Virus record (IMG/VR): IMGVR_UViG_3300042860_003432
Strand: one strand, 5' to 3'
Source: an uncultured virus (IMG/VR IMGVR_UViG_3300042860_003432)
Taxonomy: Duplodnaviria > Heunggongvirae > Uroviricota > Caudoviricetes
DNA: 64,000 bases
The translations under genes were made by a program, and so were the position numbers. This document shows positions 30,749 through 40,970 of this stretch, piece by piece. Position 1 is the first letter of the stretch. Every line of letters starts with the position of its first letter. The notes under the pieces were generated by a model that was not told where the DNA came from, searched no databases, and worked only from the letters and a program-made list of their open reading frames with translations.

Positions 30749-31482
30749 TAGGTCATTCTTCGTAGAGTATAAATCTCCTTGGATAAATCCTTGAAGTTTC
30801 TCCAACAATCCCACTTTGCACTTATAAATTTACCAGAAACACCGTCACTTTCATCGGAAATTAACCATTCGACCAACTGCATAGCCGGTTCGGGGTCATC
30901 TCCGCTTTCGCTTTGACGCTTGGCTTTTTCGTATTCCTGAATACCAATTATTTCTTGCCCAGCATTTATTGGACCATCAACGATTCCGGTCTTTATAGCG
31001 CCGGGAGCTATTGCGTTAATATCCAAGGTTGGCTCTTCCAAAGCCATCGTTTCCACCAATCTAACTACGGCAGTTTTTGCTACTGCGTATGCAGAAAAAT
31101 ATGCTCTGCCATTTCCAGCACCACCTCCAGCCATGCATACTATCTTTTGACGTTTGTTGGTACACATCAATGGATAAAATTCTTTCAAAACATTATATGT
31201 TCCATCCAAGTTTATTCTTATTGTTTGTGACCAATTTTCTGGATTTGTCTTTGACACCTTTCCCAATTCACCCTGCGTCCCCGCACACGTAATGATTGCA
31301 TCAAAATAAACATCGCAATCAAGAAAGTAGTTAGACCATCCACGTACTTCTTCTATATTTGACACATCGCAAGGATATTTTGAAGAACGAGAAAGACCAT
31401 AGACATTGTGTCCATTTTTCTCAAATCTATCGGACAGCATCTTTCCAATACCAAAAGTATTACCTGTTATTAGAATGTTCAT
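30748..31482 (-). CDS. SDR family oxidoreductase
   Basis: Start MNILITGNTFGIG at 31482; YAVAK (YxxxK); NAIAPG. Confidence 0.9.
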   Translation of the reverse strand: MNILITGNTFGIGKMLSDRFEKNGHNVYGLSRSSKYPCDVSNIEEVRGWSNYFLDCDVYFDAIITCAGTQGELGKVSKTNPENWSQTIRINLDGTYNVLKEFYPLMCTNKRQKIVCMAGGGAGNGRAYFSAYAVAKTAVVRLVETMALEEPTLDINAIAPGAIKTGIVDGPINAGQEIIGIQEYEKAKRQSESGDDPEPAMQLVEWLISDESDGVSGKFISAKWDCWRNFKDLSKEIYTLRRMT

Positions 31483-32203
31483 CGTTCGATTTCTTGATTG
31501 ATGGGATGAGAGACAGTCCAAGATTGTATTTTTGATCCAATTGAATGAGGTTATGTATTTCTCTTCCAAGTGTGTCGTTGGTATATGGACCACCGGCTTT
31601 TAGATAAGACAACTTACCTATGCGTTTGTCTGTTTGCAATCCTGCGGTTATATCTGACGAATTTGCTCCCACCGCCTTTGCAACTTTATCTATTTCATTT
31701 ATAAATGCAATAGACATTGCCAAATATGAATTCAATGCGTGTTTTACCATTTCAGCAGATTCCAAACTCATCCAAATTATATTAGAAGACAATGGACGAA
31801 ACAATTCGGTAAGTACATCTTTTGAGAATCTATCACATCCAACAACAATTCGTTCTGGGTTCAGAAAATCATTTATTGCTCTACCTCGCCTTAGATTTTC
31901 TGGAGAACAGGCAATTCTGATATCTGTATATACGTTCTCTAGCATTCTGCACGTTCCAACTGGAACTTGGGTAGATATCAAAGCAATAGCATTATTTTTG
32001 GCAAATGGAAGTACTCTTCCCAACCATTCAAATATGATTCTTGAATCTGGCTTTCCGTCCTTATCGACCGGTGTATCATAGCAAACCCAAATAACGTCAC
32101 TATCTCCAACCTTAGAATCATCAACATTTACTTGATGAAATTGTTCCATACAAGCGGCAGTTATATATGCCAAATGTCCGTGTCCTATTACTGATATTTT
32201 CAT
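31460..32203 (-). CDS. UDP-glucose/GDP-mannose dehydrogenase-like, lacking the C-terminal domain
   Basis: IGHGHL, DTPVD, STQVPVGT, SPENLRRG, AEMVKHALN, FINEI, DKRIG. Confidence 0.8.
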   Translation of the reverse strand: MKISVIGHGHLAYITAACMEQFHQVNVDDSKVGDSDVIWVCYDTPVDKDGKPDSRIIFEWLGRVLPFAKNNAIALISTQVPVGTCRMLENVYTDIRIACSPENLRRGRAINDFLNPERIVVGCDRFSKDVLTELFRPLSSNIIWMSLESAEMVKHALNSYLAMSIAFINEIDKVAKAVGANSSDITAGLQTDKRIGKLSYLKAGGPYTNDTLGREIHNLIQLDQKYNLGLSLIPSIKKSNDEHSNNR

Positions 32204-32206
32204 AAT

Positions 32207-32890
32207 TTATCCTTGTCCCATGTTAGCTTGTTTGGACCAGTTTTGGTTATAAAACAGGTTTTGCGCACGTTGCCTGTCTATTGTTTTGTCATGAATAATA
32301 GACCATTCAACTTCTTTAGGAAGCATAGTTACATACTCAGCACCAATCACAGTCTCGTGTAGCGGTTTTTGCCATTGTACCTTTAGGCTATTTTTATATA
32401 TACGAGATTGATAATCACCGTGATTCCAGTTTACTATTGGCTCATTACCAAAATATTCTGGTAGTGTACTAAGATGCCATCCCCACATAGCTGCATCTTG
32501 TGAAGTAGCTCCTCTTACAATATTTACTCTTGGAACTCTGTACAATTCAACTTTTGGATTAGACATTATCAATTCTTGCATATTATACAACAGTTCAGGC
32601 CACAGATATTCATCCGCGTCCAACTGGACTATATAATCTCCTACACAACGTTTACTTCCATAGTTTTTATGTTCGGAAAAGTTTTTATTTAGTGCATGTT
32701 GAATTATACTAAAGCCATAGTTTTTAGCTTTTTCCAGTATCTTTTTAGTACCTTCGTTATCAGAAAAATCATCAAGAATGACAACTTCGTCGTTCGGAGC
32801 ATTAAAATCGATGTGAGTCTTGAGCTTCTCGATTAGTTCAAGAAGCTCAAGTGTCTCATTTTTACACGTAACCAAATAACTTATTTTCAC
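32207..32890 (-). CDS. GT2 glycosyltransferase
   Basis: LDDFSD, LDADE, PRVN, DYQSRI, LHE. Confidence 0.85.
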   Translation of the reverse strand: MKISYLVTCKNETLELLELIEKLKTHIDFNAPNDEVVILDDFSDNEGTKKILEKAKNYGFSIIQHALNKNFSEHKNYGSKRCVGDYIVQLDADEYLWPELLYNMQELIMSNPKVELYRVPRVNIVRGATSQDAAMWGWHLSTLPEYFGNEPIVNWNHGDYQSRIYKNSLKVQWQKPLHETVIGAEYVTMLPKEVEWSIIHDKTIDRQRAQNLFYNQNWSKQANMGQG

Positions 32891-34185
32891 GACGTTGTCG
32901 GAGTTATTTTTTTGAATTTTGGAAGCGTAATTCCTACCTTCTTCTCAAACACGGGGAGATGTTTGTCTAAGACATCTACCAATACTTTTCCAGCAGCTTC
33001 AAGACTAAACTTTTCTGCATTTTGAACACGCAGTTTTTCGGCGTTTGGAATATAATTGATATAGTTTGTGTATATATCTTCCAATTTCTGTGCAGCAACG
33101 CTGTAGTTTGCATTAAACCACTGACCTTCTTTTACCAGCCATTCGTTGCACGCACTCGGAGGTACGTTGACCATTGTACCGGGTAACAAGTTTGCAAGAT
33201 TATCTGGAAGAAAATCTACGTGACCGCTCCAATTAGTAGTAAGTAGTGGTTTTCCGCTTAGAGTTGCCTCTAGCAACGGTCTTCCGAAACCTTCTCCGTG
33301 AGTAAGACTGACGTGAGCTTTTACCTTTGGATGGTTATACAAACGATTCAATTCAGTCGGAGCCAGTTCGCCGTGTATAATATATATATTTGGAAGAGTT
33401 CCAGACAGTGGGGCACGAATGTCATTTATTTTCTTAAGTATTTCGGTTTTATCTATTTTGGAGAATGTTGCTCCGCTAGTCTTGAGAATTAACGCGGGTG
33501 CATTTTTCTTGTTTTTAAATACTTCGCTGAAGATCTTGATCAACATTCCGACATCTTTTCTATCTGCACCTAGGTCGCCTTGGATCCAATGTCCTACGAA
33601 TAGATAGCAGAATGTTTCTGGGATCGCATTTAGCGCAGAATCTATTTCTTCGGACGGTTCATTAGTTTTTTTGTAAATACTTGTATCTACTCCTTCAAAT
33701 ACAACTTCAATAGGTTTATTGAGTTGAATCTTGTCCGTCATTCCCGTTCTTTCATCTCTACGGTCGTATGCAGTTTTTACAAATACTTCCTTAGAAAAGT
33801 TTGAAGGAACAATATTCAAGTTCATTCTATTCAGACCTTCAACCCATTCTGGCTTTGGTACAGTACTTTCAATACCTGCCGTAACGCCAATATTATATTT
33901 TCCGCGTGGCTGGAACTCGTTGGGAATAGATACTTGAACAAATAATTCAGGCTGTGCGGTTAAGTTGGTAGTTAGTATTCTGCTCTTTATTTCTTTGACC
34001 ATAGGACGACTTTCGTCATCCAACATCGTATTGGGACACACTCCCCATCGCATTGGTACGATCTTAACGTCAAACTTATCATACTTTATGATGTCTGCCG
34101 CAATTGCAAATGTATGGTCGCCATATCCAGAGCGAGATGCTATTGGACCTTGTATGACACATACTGGTTTAATTTCGTTGCTCAT
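32887..34185 (-). CDS. GT4-like glycosyltransferase
   Basis: SRSGYG, RKDVG, HGEGFGRPLLEA, TNWSGH. Confidence 0.85.
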   Translation of the reverse strand: MSNEIKPVCVIQGPIASRSGYGDHTFAIAADIIKYDKFDVKIVPMRWGVCPNTMLDDESRPMVKEIKSRILTTNLTAQPELFVQVSIPNEFQPRGKYNIGVTAGIESTVPKPEWVEGLNRMNLNIVPSNFSKEVFVKTAYDRRDERTGMTDKIQLNKPIEVVFEGVDTSIYKKTNEPSEEIDSALNAIPETFCYLFVGHWIQGDLGADRKDVGMLIKIFSEVFKNKKNAPALILKTSGATFSKIDKTEILKKINDIRAPLSGTLPNIYIIHGELAPTELNRLYNHPKVKAHVSLTHGEGFGRPLLEATLSGKPLLTTNWSGHVDFLPDNLANLLPGTMVNVPPSACNEWLVKEGQWFNANYSVAAQKLEDIYTNYINYIPNAEKLRVQNAEKFSLEAAGKVLVDVLDKHLPVFEKKVGITLPKFKKITPTTS

Positions 34186-34204
34186 TTATATAACCTTTTT
34201 TTTA

Positions 34205-34396
34205 TTATGGTGCTGTACCGGGTGTGTTTTGACCTTCTTGTTCTTGAATAATCGCTTCCATCTCGGACTTAACATCGTTGATGCGATCCTTGAAGTCAGT
34301 CATAACAACTCGCTTTTCCATTTCGATTTCACGAAGTTGCTTGGCAAGTTCGTAGATTTTTGTCTTTGCTTCTTCTTTAGTCAATGCTTTAGCCAT
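34205..34396 (-). CDS. small coiled-coil hypothetical protein
   Basis: 63-aa ORF. Confidence 0.55.
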   Translation of the reverse strand: MAKALTKEEAKTKIYELAKQLREIEMEKRVVMTDFKDRINDVKSEMEAIIQEQEGQNTPGTAP

Positions 34397-34404
34397 AATA
34401 TTAT

Positions 34405-35883
34405 TTATTTGTTATATTTTTTTAGTACTTCATCTTTGTTAATCTTTGGAATCGGAAATCCAAGACTGTTGTTTGGCATATTGTGCCCAACATATTCGTC
34501 GTGACGATGAAGATTAAATCTTTCGCGACCTTTCCAGTTTGCCATCATATTTTCTAAGCCAGATGCCATTTTTTCACACATGCTTTCTGCACTTAGTCCA
34601 CCAACTCCGCACATCCATTCTCTACCTTCCAGTGCATACTCAAGGCGCTTTTCCTTGCTGGTCAAATACCAATACATAAATGCTTCAGCACAATCTTCCC
34701 ACTTGGCATAATCGGCAAGAATATATGGAGTAGGAATACTACCTTGCATCATTCTTGCACCCGGAAAGATTGGTGTAACCCATCTACCGTGTTTCTTATA
34801 TCTACCATCGGCATTAGTTCCCCATCCATTTTCAAATTGGACAGGATTTCCGGCATCGTCTGTAAATCCGCACTGGTCCTGAAGTCCTCCCGTAACCGTG
34901 ACGATGATTGGAGTACCCGCCATTACACTCTCCGCAGTGGCAATACCAAATCCCTCGTTGTCGGAAAGATTTACCGTCACATCTGCCATGTTGTAAAGTT
35001 GATTCATTCTTTCTGGCAGAACCTTTTCAACACTGAACACTACATCATAATTCGGGCAAAATGCCTGCTTACACGCGGGCAAATCAGTGCCTGCTTCATC
35101 TACTGGGTGTGTATGTAGAAACAATACGCACTTTGCTGCTTCTTCTTTTGGTAGATTGTCGCAGAATGCTCTGTAGGCAAGCATTATTGTACTGGTTTGC
35201 TTACGACGAATATTTCTATTGTTATAGAATATTACAAACTTATAGTCCTTCTTGAAATACTGTCTACGTATTAGTTGCAGTTCACTTAGTTCAGCATCTG
35301 TGGTCAACGGTCTAAACATCTTGCGATTGATGCCGTGCGGTACATACGATACAGTTGTAGGATTATTTAGTGTAGTTCCAAGAATATTCTTTACGATATT
35401 TTCTGTCTGCTTGCTGATACAACCAATCCAATCGCACGATTCATAATATGGACGATTATACATAGGATATGGAAGATCGTCCCAGATGCTATAGAACCCG
35501 ATTGGAATCTTCTGACGCAATTCACGCTCGATTTGATATAACCAGATCCAAAAACGCGGATCAGTAAAATGAAGCAGCGCATCAGGCTTTTCCATCTTAA
35601 TAACTTCGTTTAGAAGATTGGCGTCGCCATAACCATCAACCGGATATAGGCGAACGTATGCGTCGTCTATGCCAGCAACTTGGTTGGTGGCTTGGTCAAG
35701 ATTCATTATCTTGCCTTTTTCAGGATGCGTAACGCTACCTGCCATTTGTACCCAGTTGTATTTGCCTGCCAAGCCTGTAACAAACTCTCTTGCCATTGTA
35801 GCAATACCAGAATGCATTCTCAGGTCATCGCAAAGCAGTATAATCTTCTTTCTGTCCTTCTGAGGAATATAACTATTTACCAT
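34405..35883 (-). CDS. GT4-like glycosyltransferase
   Basis: HSGIAT, VPHGIN, RNIRRK, NEGFGIATAESVMAGTP; TTGACA-N16-CATAAT upstream. Confidence 0.9.
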   Translation of the reverse strand: MVNSYIPQKDRKKIILLCDDLRMHSGIATMAREFVTGLAGKYNWVQMAGSVTHPEKGKIMNLDQATNQVAGIDDAYVRLYPVDGYGDANLLNEVIKMEKPDALLHFTDPRFWIWLYQIERELRQKIPIGFYSIWDDLPYPMYNRPYYESCDWIGCISKQTENIVKNILGTTLNNPTTVSYVPHGINRKMFRPLTTDAELSELQLIRRQYFKKDYKFVIFYNNRNIRRKQTSTIMLAYRAFCDNLPKEEAAKCVLFLHTHPVDEAGTDLPACKQAFCPNYDVVFSVEKVLPERMNQLYNMADVTVNLSDNEGFGIATAESVMAGTPIIVTVTGGLQDQCGFTDDAGNPVQFENGWGTNADGRYKKHGRWVTPIFPGARMMQGSIPTPYILADYAKWEDCAEAFMYWYLTSKEKRLEYALEGREWMCGVGGLSAESMCEKMASGLENMMANWKGRERFNLHRHDEYVGHNMPNNSLGFPIPKINKDEVLKKYNK

Positions 35884-35928
35884 ATATAACCTTGTATTAT
35901 GTTTTAAATCTGCGTTATGTCAAATTAT

Positions 35929-36138
35929 TTAAAATGCAGAACCGCTGATTTGTAAAGAATTTTCTTCGTTGAGCTTCTTTCTGAACTCTGGATCGTTGAT
36001 ATAAAGATATACACAACGATTTACGAGTTTTTGCAGCGTCATTCCACTTGATACACCTGCTTCCTTGAACGCAGTATATTTGTCCTTGAACAGGTGTACA
36101 GAAGTGAATGATGTTTCGTGGCTAGTTTTTAGTTTCAT
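35929..36138 (-). CDS. small hypothetical protein (possible ribbon-helix-helix DNA binder)
   Basis: TSVHL beta strand followed by two helices. Confidence 0.45.
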   Translation of the reverse strand: MKLKTSHETSFTSVHLFKDKYTAFKEAGVSSGMTLQKLVNRCVYLYINDPEFRKKLNEENSLQISGSAF

Positions 36139-36207
36139 ATATATGATTGTTAGATTTCTCTATATACATATATATGAAACTAGGTTTTCCGTATATATAA
36201 AAAACTA

Positions 36208-37218
36208 TTAGCCTTCTTTTCCGTTACAATATAGTTCGCCTTTATCGTTCTTGAGTGTCTTGAAGATGCAATATTTACAGTTTTTGCGGCCTTTGCCAGG
36301 ATTCTTTAGAAACACAGCGTCTTTATTATATTCGCCGTTGTCATCAAAACCATTTTTTATAAAGTCAAGAAAAGCAGATTCTACTTCTTTCATGTTCATC
36401 TTTCCATCTGGCGGCGATATACGTTGAATACGCTGCTGCGGAAACTCAGCATCTTCAAGCAACTTACGCTTGACTACAAAGAACTCAACTTCTATATCAG
36501 ACATAGGCACCTTGAATACCTGATGATAAAATCTCTTATATAGCAGTAGTTGGTCTATCTTTGTTCTATCTGCCTTTTGATATTTGTTCCAGCCCAGACG
36601 ACTTGTCTTGAAATCTAAAATAAGTATCTTGTTGGTCGTTTTATCCTTGAACACAATATCCAGAAAGCCTTTGTATGTTATAGTATTGTTCTTTAGCGGT
36701 ATTTCAAGCGGCAGTTCTATTCCCACTACCTCATACTTCTTTGACGGAAAATGTTTGCTGCGTATGGCATAACTGGTTACGTGGTCAAGAATAGTTCTGC
36801 CATCTGACTTGAACTCTGCTACTTGAGATGGTGTGGTCAAGCCAAGTTCTTCTATATCTTCGGCAGACAATGTAGATACTTGCTCGTCTGTTGCCAGTTT
36901 GAGTTGTTTTAGTTCTTCATCAAACGCTGATATGAACTTGGCATAACAATCAAACTCATCGGCAGCAGAAGAGCCTACATTATATAACAATCTAAGATAT
37001 TCTTGTAATGCTTCGTGAATGCCCGTTCCAAACGCAGTATTGATATTGGCTTCATACGGAGCAAGTTTGTCTATATACGACAACTTCCATTGCTGCGGGC
37101 ACTTTAGCCACATAGCATATTGAGAAAAACTTACGGTCTTGTTCTTCTTTTTTTCTTCAGTTGGAGTTACAGTAGGCACTTCTGCTACTGGTTCGGCGTA
37201 AAAATCATTTATAGACAT
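36208..37218 (-). CDS. PD-(D/E)XK nuclease, RecB/Cas4-like
   Basis: SFSQ...CP..W, GTGIH, GFLD, DFKT, QLLLY, CKYC...C; TTGACA-N16-TATACT upstream. Confidence 0.85.
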   Translation of the reverse strand: MSINDFYAEPVAEVPTVTPTEEKKKNKTVSFSQYAMWLKCPQQWKLSYIDKLAPYEANINTAFGTGIHEALQEYLRLLYNVGSSAADEFDCYAKFISAFDEELKQLKLATDEQVSTLSAEDIEELGLTTPSQVAEFKSDGRTILDHVTSYAIRSKHFPSKKYEVVGIELPLEIPLKNNTITYKGFLDIVFKDKTTNKILILDFKTSRLGWNKYQKADRTKIDQLLLYKRFYHQVFKVPMSDIEVEFFVVKRKLLEDAEFPQQRIQRISPPDGKMNMKEVESAFLDFIKNGFDDNGEYNKDAVFLKNPGKGRKNCKYCIFKTLKNDKGELYCNGKEG

Positions 37219-37299
37219 AAAATCAGTATATATCAAGTATTGTTGATGTCAATTGTAAAGAGTTTATATTTATTTAGATAAACAAAAAATATATCATAT

Positions 37300-37758
37300 A
37301 TGGATAACAAAACATTCACACACGTTCTACAGAAAAAGGGAGTATTACGTACTTTTTCAGTGGCAAAGGTTGTAAAGAAAAAAGACATAGATGAGTTGAA
37401 AAGTTTAATTAAAAGTATTGCGGCAAATGATGCAGAGTATAATCAGATGCTAAAGGAAGAAATGGCTAAACTATCCGACATGCATAGCGATAAAAATCCA
37501 ATACCTGGCATCATATACAACAATGATGAGTTGTCGGCACGCAGAAACTTGATATATACCATCGCAAACAAGTTCTCAAAAAATATCAAGAGCATGAACT
37601 TTGATAAGGGAGAACTTGCTTTCTTGATTTCTTCTATCGTAGCCAAACTTGAGTTAGAGCACGAAGATTTTATCAAACTAAGTGAAGAACTTGATAATGA
37701 ACTTGGTGAAGATGACGATGAAGATCAAGAAGAAGATGGTGATGAATACAAATACTAA
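37300..37758 (+). CDS. hypothetical protein with acidic tail
   Basis: 152-aa ORF; ATATTTATT upstream. Confidence 0.65.
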   Translation: MDNKTFTHVLQKKGVLRTFSVAKVVKKKDIDELKSLIKSIAANDAEYNQMLKEEMAKLSDMHSDKNPIPGIIYNNDELSARRNLIYTIANKFSKNIKSMNFDKGELAFLISSIVAKLELEHEDFIKLSEELDNELGEDDDEDQEEDGDEYKY

Positions 37759-38372
37759 AACTTTTGTATCCAGATCTTCATAAACTTTTCTACGTGTTCA
37801 TTCAGTTTTGGATTCAGTAATAGTTCCTCGGTTGTCATCTTGCCTTCATCTTCCCATTCTATGCGATGCTGTGCGGCGCTTCTGATTCTTGGATTGTTGG
37901 CTTCTTCGTGTTCGTTGGCGGGCAATACAAACTTCTTTACGCCATCAACAATGCTATACTTGCTGATATGACACAGCACTCCTTTGGTTTCTTTCTTCAA
38001 GAAGTATAGTTCATCTTTTTCATATACATCATATCGCACATCCGTAACGATATAAAAGTCATAGTCTGATTCATCAATCGTTTTCTTGGCAAGATCAATC
38101 CAGTATCTACCATCTGTGCGTCTGCGTTGAGCATCGCCATACCATACAAGCATAGGACGAATAAGAATCTTTTCTTCAGGATCTTGTGTAAAAGCAGATA
38201 TGCCAAGATTTTCCAATAAAAACTTATCGCAATGCTGCTTTAGCGGGTCGGCAAATGCGACCTTCTTGACGCTATAACCAGCCTGCTGTAATTTCATTTC
38301 TACAATAGAAGCAAATGTATCTTTACCGCTGCGGGCTGCGCCTCCAACTCCTATAACATTTTTAGTAGACAT
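37755..38372 (-). CDS. deoxynucleoside monophosphate kinase-like P-loop protein
   Basis: Start MSTKN at 38372; GGAARSGKDT, AFADPLK, TDVRY. Confidence 0.8.
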   Translation of the reverse strand: MSTKNVIGVGGAARSGKDTFASIVEMKLQQAGYSVKKVAFADPLKQHCDKFLLENLGISAFTQDPEEKILIRPMLVWYGDAQRRRTDGRYWIDLAKKTIDESDYDFYIVTDVRYDVYEKDELYFLKKETKGVLCHISKYSIVDGVKKFVLPANEHEEANNPRIRSAAQHRIEWEDEGKMTTEELLLNPKLNEHVEKFMKIWIQKF

Positions 38373-38376
38373 ATGT

Positions 38377-38811
38377 TTATTCCCATTTACGGTGATCTTC
38401 TGCCACCCACTCCCAACCATCATATTCAGCAATATGCCATTTTACATCGTCGGGCACTTCAACGATTTTTATTTTACAACTGCTTCCGCTTGCTGCCTCT
38501 GACCCAAGTTCTTCAATCGCCTCAATCAAAAACTTATTGGTTCTGTCATCTGTAAACCCGTCGCCTATGCGATAATCATGTGGATTTTTTTGCTCTTGAG
38601 GATTTGGTATAGAAAACGCAAGATTGTCGCGGCTATATTTTCCATGGTCAGTCAGATCATATGCAGGAACAAGTTTGCTCCTGAGCGTGGGTTCAGTAGT
38701 ATATTCATACTTGAAGAAATAACAACTTATGCCTGCTTTTTCGCAGTATAGTTTTAGTGCTTCAGGTGATAGACCAAACCCTCCATAAGATGCGTTGATG
38801 GCTACTTTCAT
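38377..38811 (-). CDS. hypothetical phage protein
   Basis: KVAIN.SYGGFGLS ... IVEVPDDV.W.I.EYDG.EWVAE.H. Confidence 0.7.
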   Translation of the reverse strand: MKVAINASYGGFGLSPEALKLYCEKAGISCYFFKYEYTTEPTLRSKLVPAYDLTDHGKYSRDNLAFSIPNPQEQKNPHDYRIGDGFTDDRTNKFLIEAIEELGSEAASGSSCKIKIVEVPDDVKWHIAEYDGWEWVAEDHRKWE

Positions 38812-38814
38812 ATG

Positions 38815-39285
38815 TTATGCCTCCATTAGTTCTTTGATTTGCTTTTCGTTATATCCGTATTTGCCAACAATGCCAACAATATCGGCCTTTGTCAAGATGG
38901 ATATATACTCAAGCACATTTCTTTCGCTGTCTTGAAAATGGTTGGAGAGCAAACTAAGCAAGGCAGGATTATACTTCTCACTCTTGCTCTTGATATATGG
39001 ATAAAATGCCTTACGCTTTGGCACAAAAGCAATCAGCACCTTATAAAACTCTTTGGGAGATAATACGCCGCTATATTTCTGTACGTGATTCAATGTATCA
39101 ATAAGTTCGGGTTGCATGCTTAGAAAACGGCACACCATAAAGTTGGACCAACTCTTTTTGTCGGCGTCGGTAAGTTTGTCAAAATAATCAATGTCCTGCT
39201 TTTCGCGGACATGATTGATATGATCAAACAATCCCTTGGGCTTTGTTATAGCAGCACCAGTTTCTGTTGCTTTTTTTCTTGGCAT
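38815..39285 (-). CDS. T4 gp62-like clamp loader small subunit
   Basis: LFDHIN ... FMVCRFLSM ... FY..L...VPKRK.F.PYIK pattern; start MPRKK at 39285. Confidence 0.65.
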   Translation of the reverse strand: MPRKKATETGAAITKPKGLFDHINHVREKQDIDYFDKLTDADKKSWSNFMVCRFLSMQPELIDTLNHVQKYSGVLSPKEFYKVLIAFVPKRKAFYPYIKSKSEKYNPALLSLLSNHFQDSERNVLEYISILTKADIVGIVGKYGYNEKQIKELMEA

Positions 39286-39286
39286 T

Positions 39287-39496
39287 TTACGATTTAGTCC
39301 AGACACGCTTATCGTATTGTACAAAGGTTGTCAATCCAAAGCCATTCTTGGCATTGGACCATACACCAGCATCATTTTTTGACGATGTAATCTTTGTGAA
39401 TACAGCAGAAGTTGATTCTACAGGCTTAGTCAAGTAAAACTTGCTGCCAATAGCCAACTTGCCAAACTCAATCTGCTTTGTTGTTTCGTCGCTCAT
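39287..39496 (-). CDS. small hypothetical protein
   Basis: Start probably MSDET. Confidence 0.5.
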   Translation of the reverse strand: MSDETTKQIEFGKLAIGSKFYLTKPVESTSAVFTKITSSKNDAGVWSNAKNGFGLTTFVQYDKRVWTKS

Positions 39497-39812
39497 TTTT
39501 GTTTTCCTCTTTTGGTAGTTCAACAGATTCTTTGTCTTTGGATAAAAGACGCTGAACGTGCTGTTCTAATCTATGAAATCGTGATTGATATTCTGTATGT
39601 TTGCCTGATAGTTTATCCACCTTACTGGTTTGACGCTTTAGATTGTCAAATATTATTCTTAGTGTTTCTGTGATGGCGTTGCCATTTTCAACTATAGTAG
39701 TTTTATTTGTCTTATCCATCTTCTTTATCATAAGATAAAACTTATAACAAGAATACGCCAGACACAACTCAATTATGAATATCGCAGCCAGAAGTATATA
39801 AAAAAAGGTCAT
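39468..39812 (-). CDS. membrane-anchored coiled-coil protein
   Basis: N-terminal TM helix plus heptad repeats. Confidence 0.6.
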   Translation of the reverse strand: MTFFYILLAAIFIIELCLAYSCYKFYLMIKKMDKTNKTTIVENGNAITETLRIIFDNLKRQTSKVDKLSGKHTEYQSRFHRLEQHVQRLLSKDKESVELPKEENKNERRNNKAD

Positions 39813-39853
39813 AAATAAATACCCCGATAATATAGATCAGGGTATAGTTGTTG

Positions 39854-40513
39854 TCAAGATGCTATTTCTTGTCTTACTTCGGTGACATTATCCAAGAAAT
39901 GTATCCAACTTGGATGATGTGCGATTTGTATGGTTGAACTTACTGGCACAGCCCTTGGTGCCTTTGGCTTGCGAATAAGTTTTAGCCCAGCCTGTTCTGG
40001 CGTTTTATCACCTTTCTTGCTGTTGATTTCTTTATGACACCATACCATATTCTCAAACGTATTCTTGCCGCCCTTGGTACGAGGAATAACGTGGTCAATG
40101 TTGCCATCTTTCCAAGAAATCTGACGACCTGTATATTGACATACTCCACCATCACGTTTACGAATGCTTTCTTTGGTCGGACGAGGAGTAACTACAGGCA
40201 TCTTGCTATAGTTTGGCTGAATAATGACACGCGGAGCCCGAATAGTCATATTAGAGGTATGTATAGCAAGATCATAATCTCTTATAGGCAGATTCTTCCA
40301 AGTTTCCCAATCAACTGGCTGTACATATTCTGGATTATCCCAATCTACGCTGCCATTTTCATCCACACGAAAGTTCATATCTATGGCAAGAGCAGGCGGA
40401 TTATTACCATCAACTCCACCCAGCATAGAAATAAGAGCCTCCTTGACAGTCTTTGTATTCAAAGCCTGCCATAAGTTATTTAGGCACAATACTGGTTGGG
40501 AGATAACATTCAT
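39854..40513 (-). CDS. HNH endonuclease
   Basis: RDGGVCQYTG, IDHVIPRTKGG, N...IN..KG.KTPEQAG. Confidence 0.9.
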   Translation of the reverse strand: MNVISQPVLCLNNLWQALNTKTVKEALISMLGGVDGNNPPALAIDMNFRVDENGSVDWDNPEYVQPVDWETWKNLPIRDYDLAIHTSNMTIRAPRVIIQPNYSKMPVVTPRPTKESIRKRDGGVCQYTGRQISWKDGNIDHVIPRTKGGKNTFENMVWCHKEINSKKGDKTPEQAGLKLIRKPKAPRAVPVSSTIQIAHHPSWIHFLDNVTEVRQEIAS

Positions 40514-40565
40514 AATATATCCTTTCAGATATAACTATGACTACAATAATATAAAAAGTCAAGCC

Positions 40566-40769
40566 TTATTTCTTGATAGGTATAACTTTTTCAATCCTGA
40601 AGTATGGGTCAAAGTCAATCTCCATATCATCATCAAATAATACAACAGTTCTATTAACCTTTTGTATTACGGCGGTTACTTTCATTTTTTTACCTGTTGA
40701 AGATATTACAACATCTCCAACTTCAAGACGCTTGGCGATTTTGTCTGTATGTGCTGTTTTTGTCATCAT
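40566..40769 (-). CDS. small beta-barrel hypothetical protein
   Basis: AKRLEVGDVV; ATATTTATT upstream. Confidence 0.5.
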   Translation of the reverse strand: MMTKTAHTDKIAKRLEVGDVVISSTGKKMKVTAVIQKVNRTVVLFDDDMEIDFDPYFRIEKVIPIKK

Positions 40770-40778
40770 AAATAAATA

Positions 40779-40970
40779 TTAGTATTTTGTAGCAAGATGC
40801 CAATATCCGCAATAACTACATTTGTATGGTATTCTATCACTACGATACTCTGTCAGTATTCTTTTAGCATCACGAATAGCATCGTTGCGAGATTCATAGT
40901 TTGTTTTAGTTTCGCAGGAAAGTTTGTGATGATCATTTAAGAACTTGGTATAAGATTTTCTTGTAGTCAT
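40779..40970 (-). CDS. small zinc-ribbon protein
   Basis: YKCSYCGYWHL. Confidence 0.55.
   Translation of the reverse strand: MTTRKSYTKFLNDHHKLSCETKTNYESRNDAIRDAKRILTEYRSDRIPYKCSYCGYWHLATKY

Noticed and set aside
17010..35883. Bacterial chromosomal O-antigen/capsule locus
   Set aside because: No wzx/wzy/wzm/wzt or initiating transferase, and flanks are phage-type genes
36208..37218. Cas4-like nuclease as part of a CRISPR-Cas system
   Set aside because: No repeat-spacer array or other cas genes seen; solo RecB/Cas4-like nucleases are common in phages
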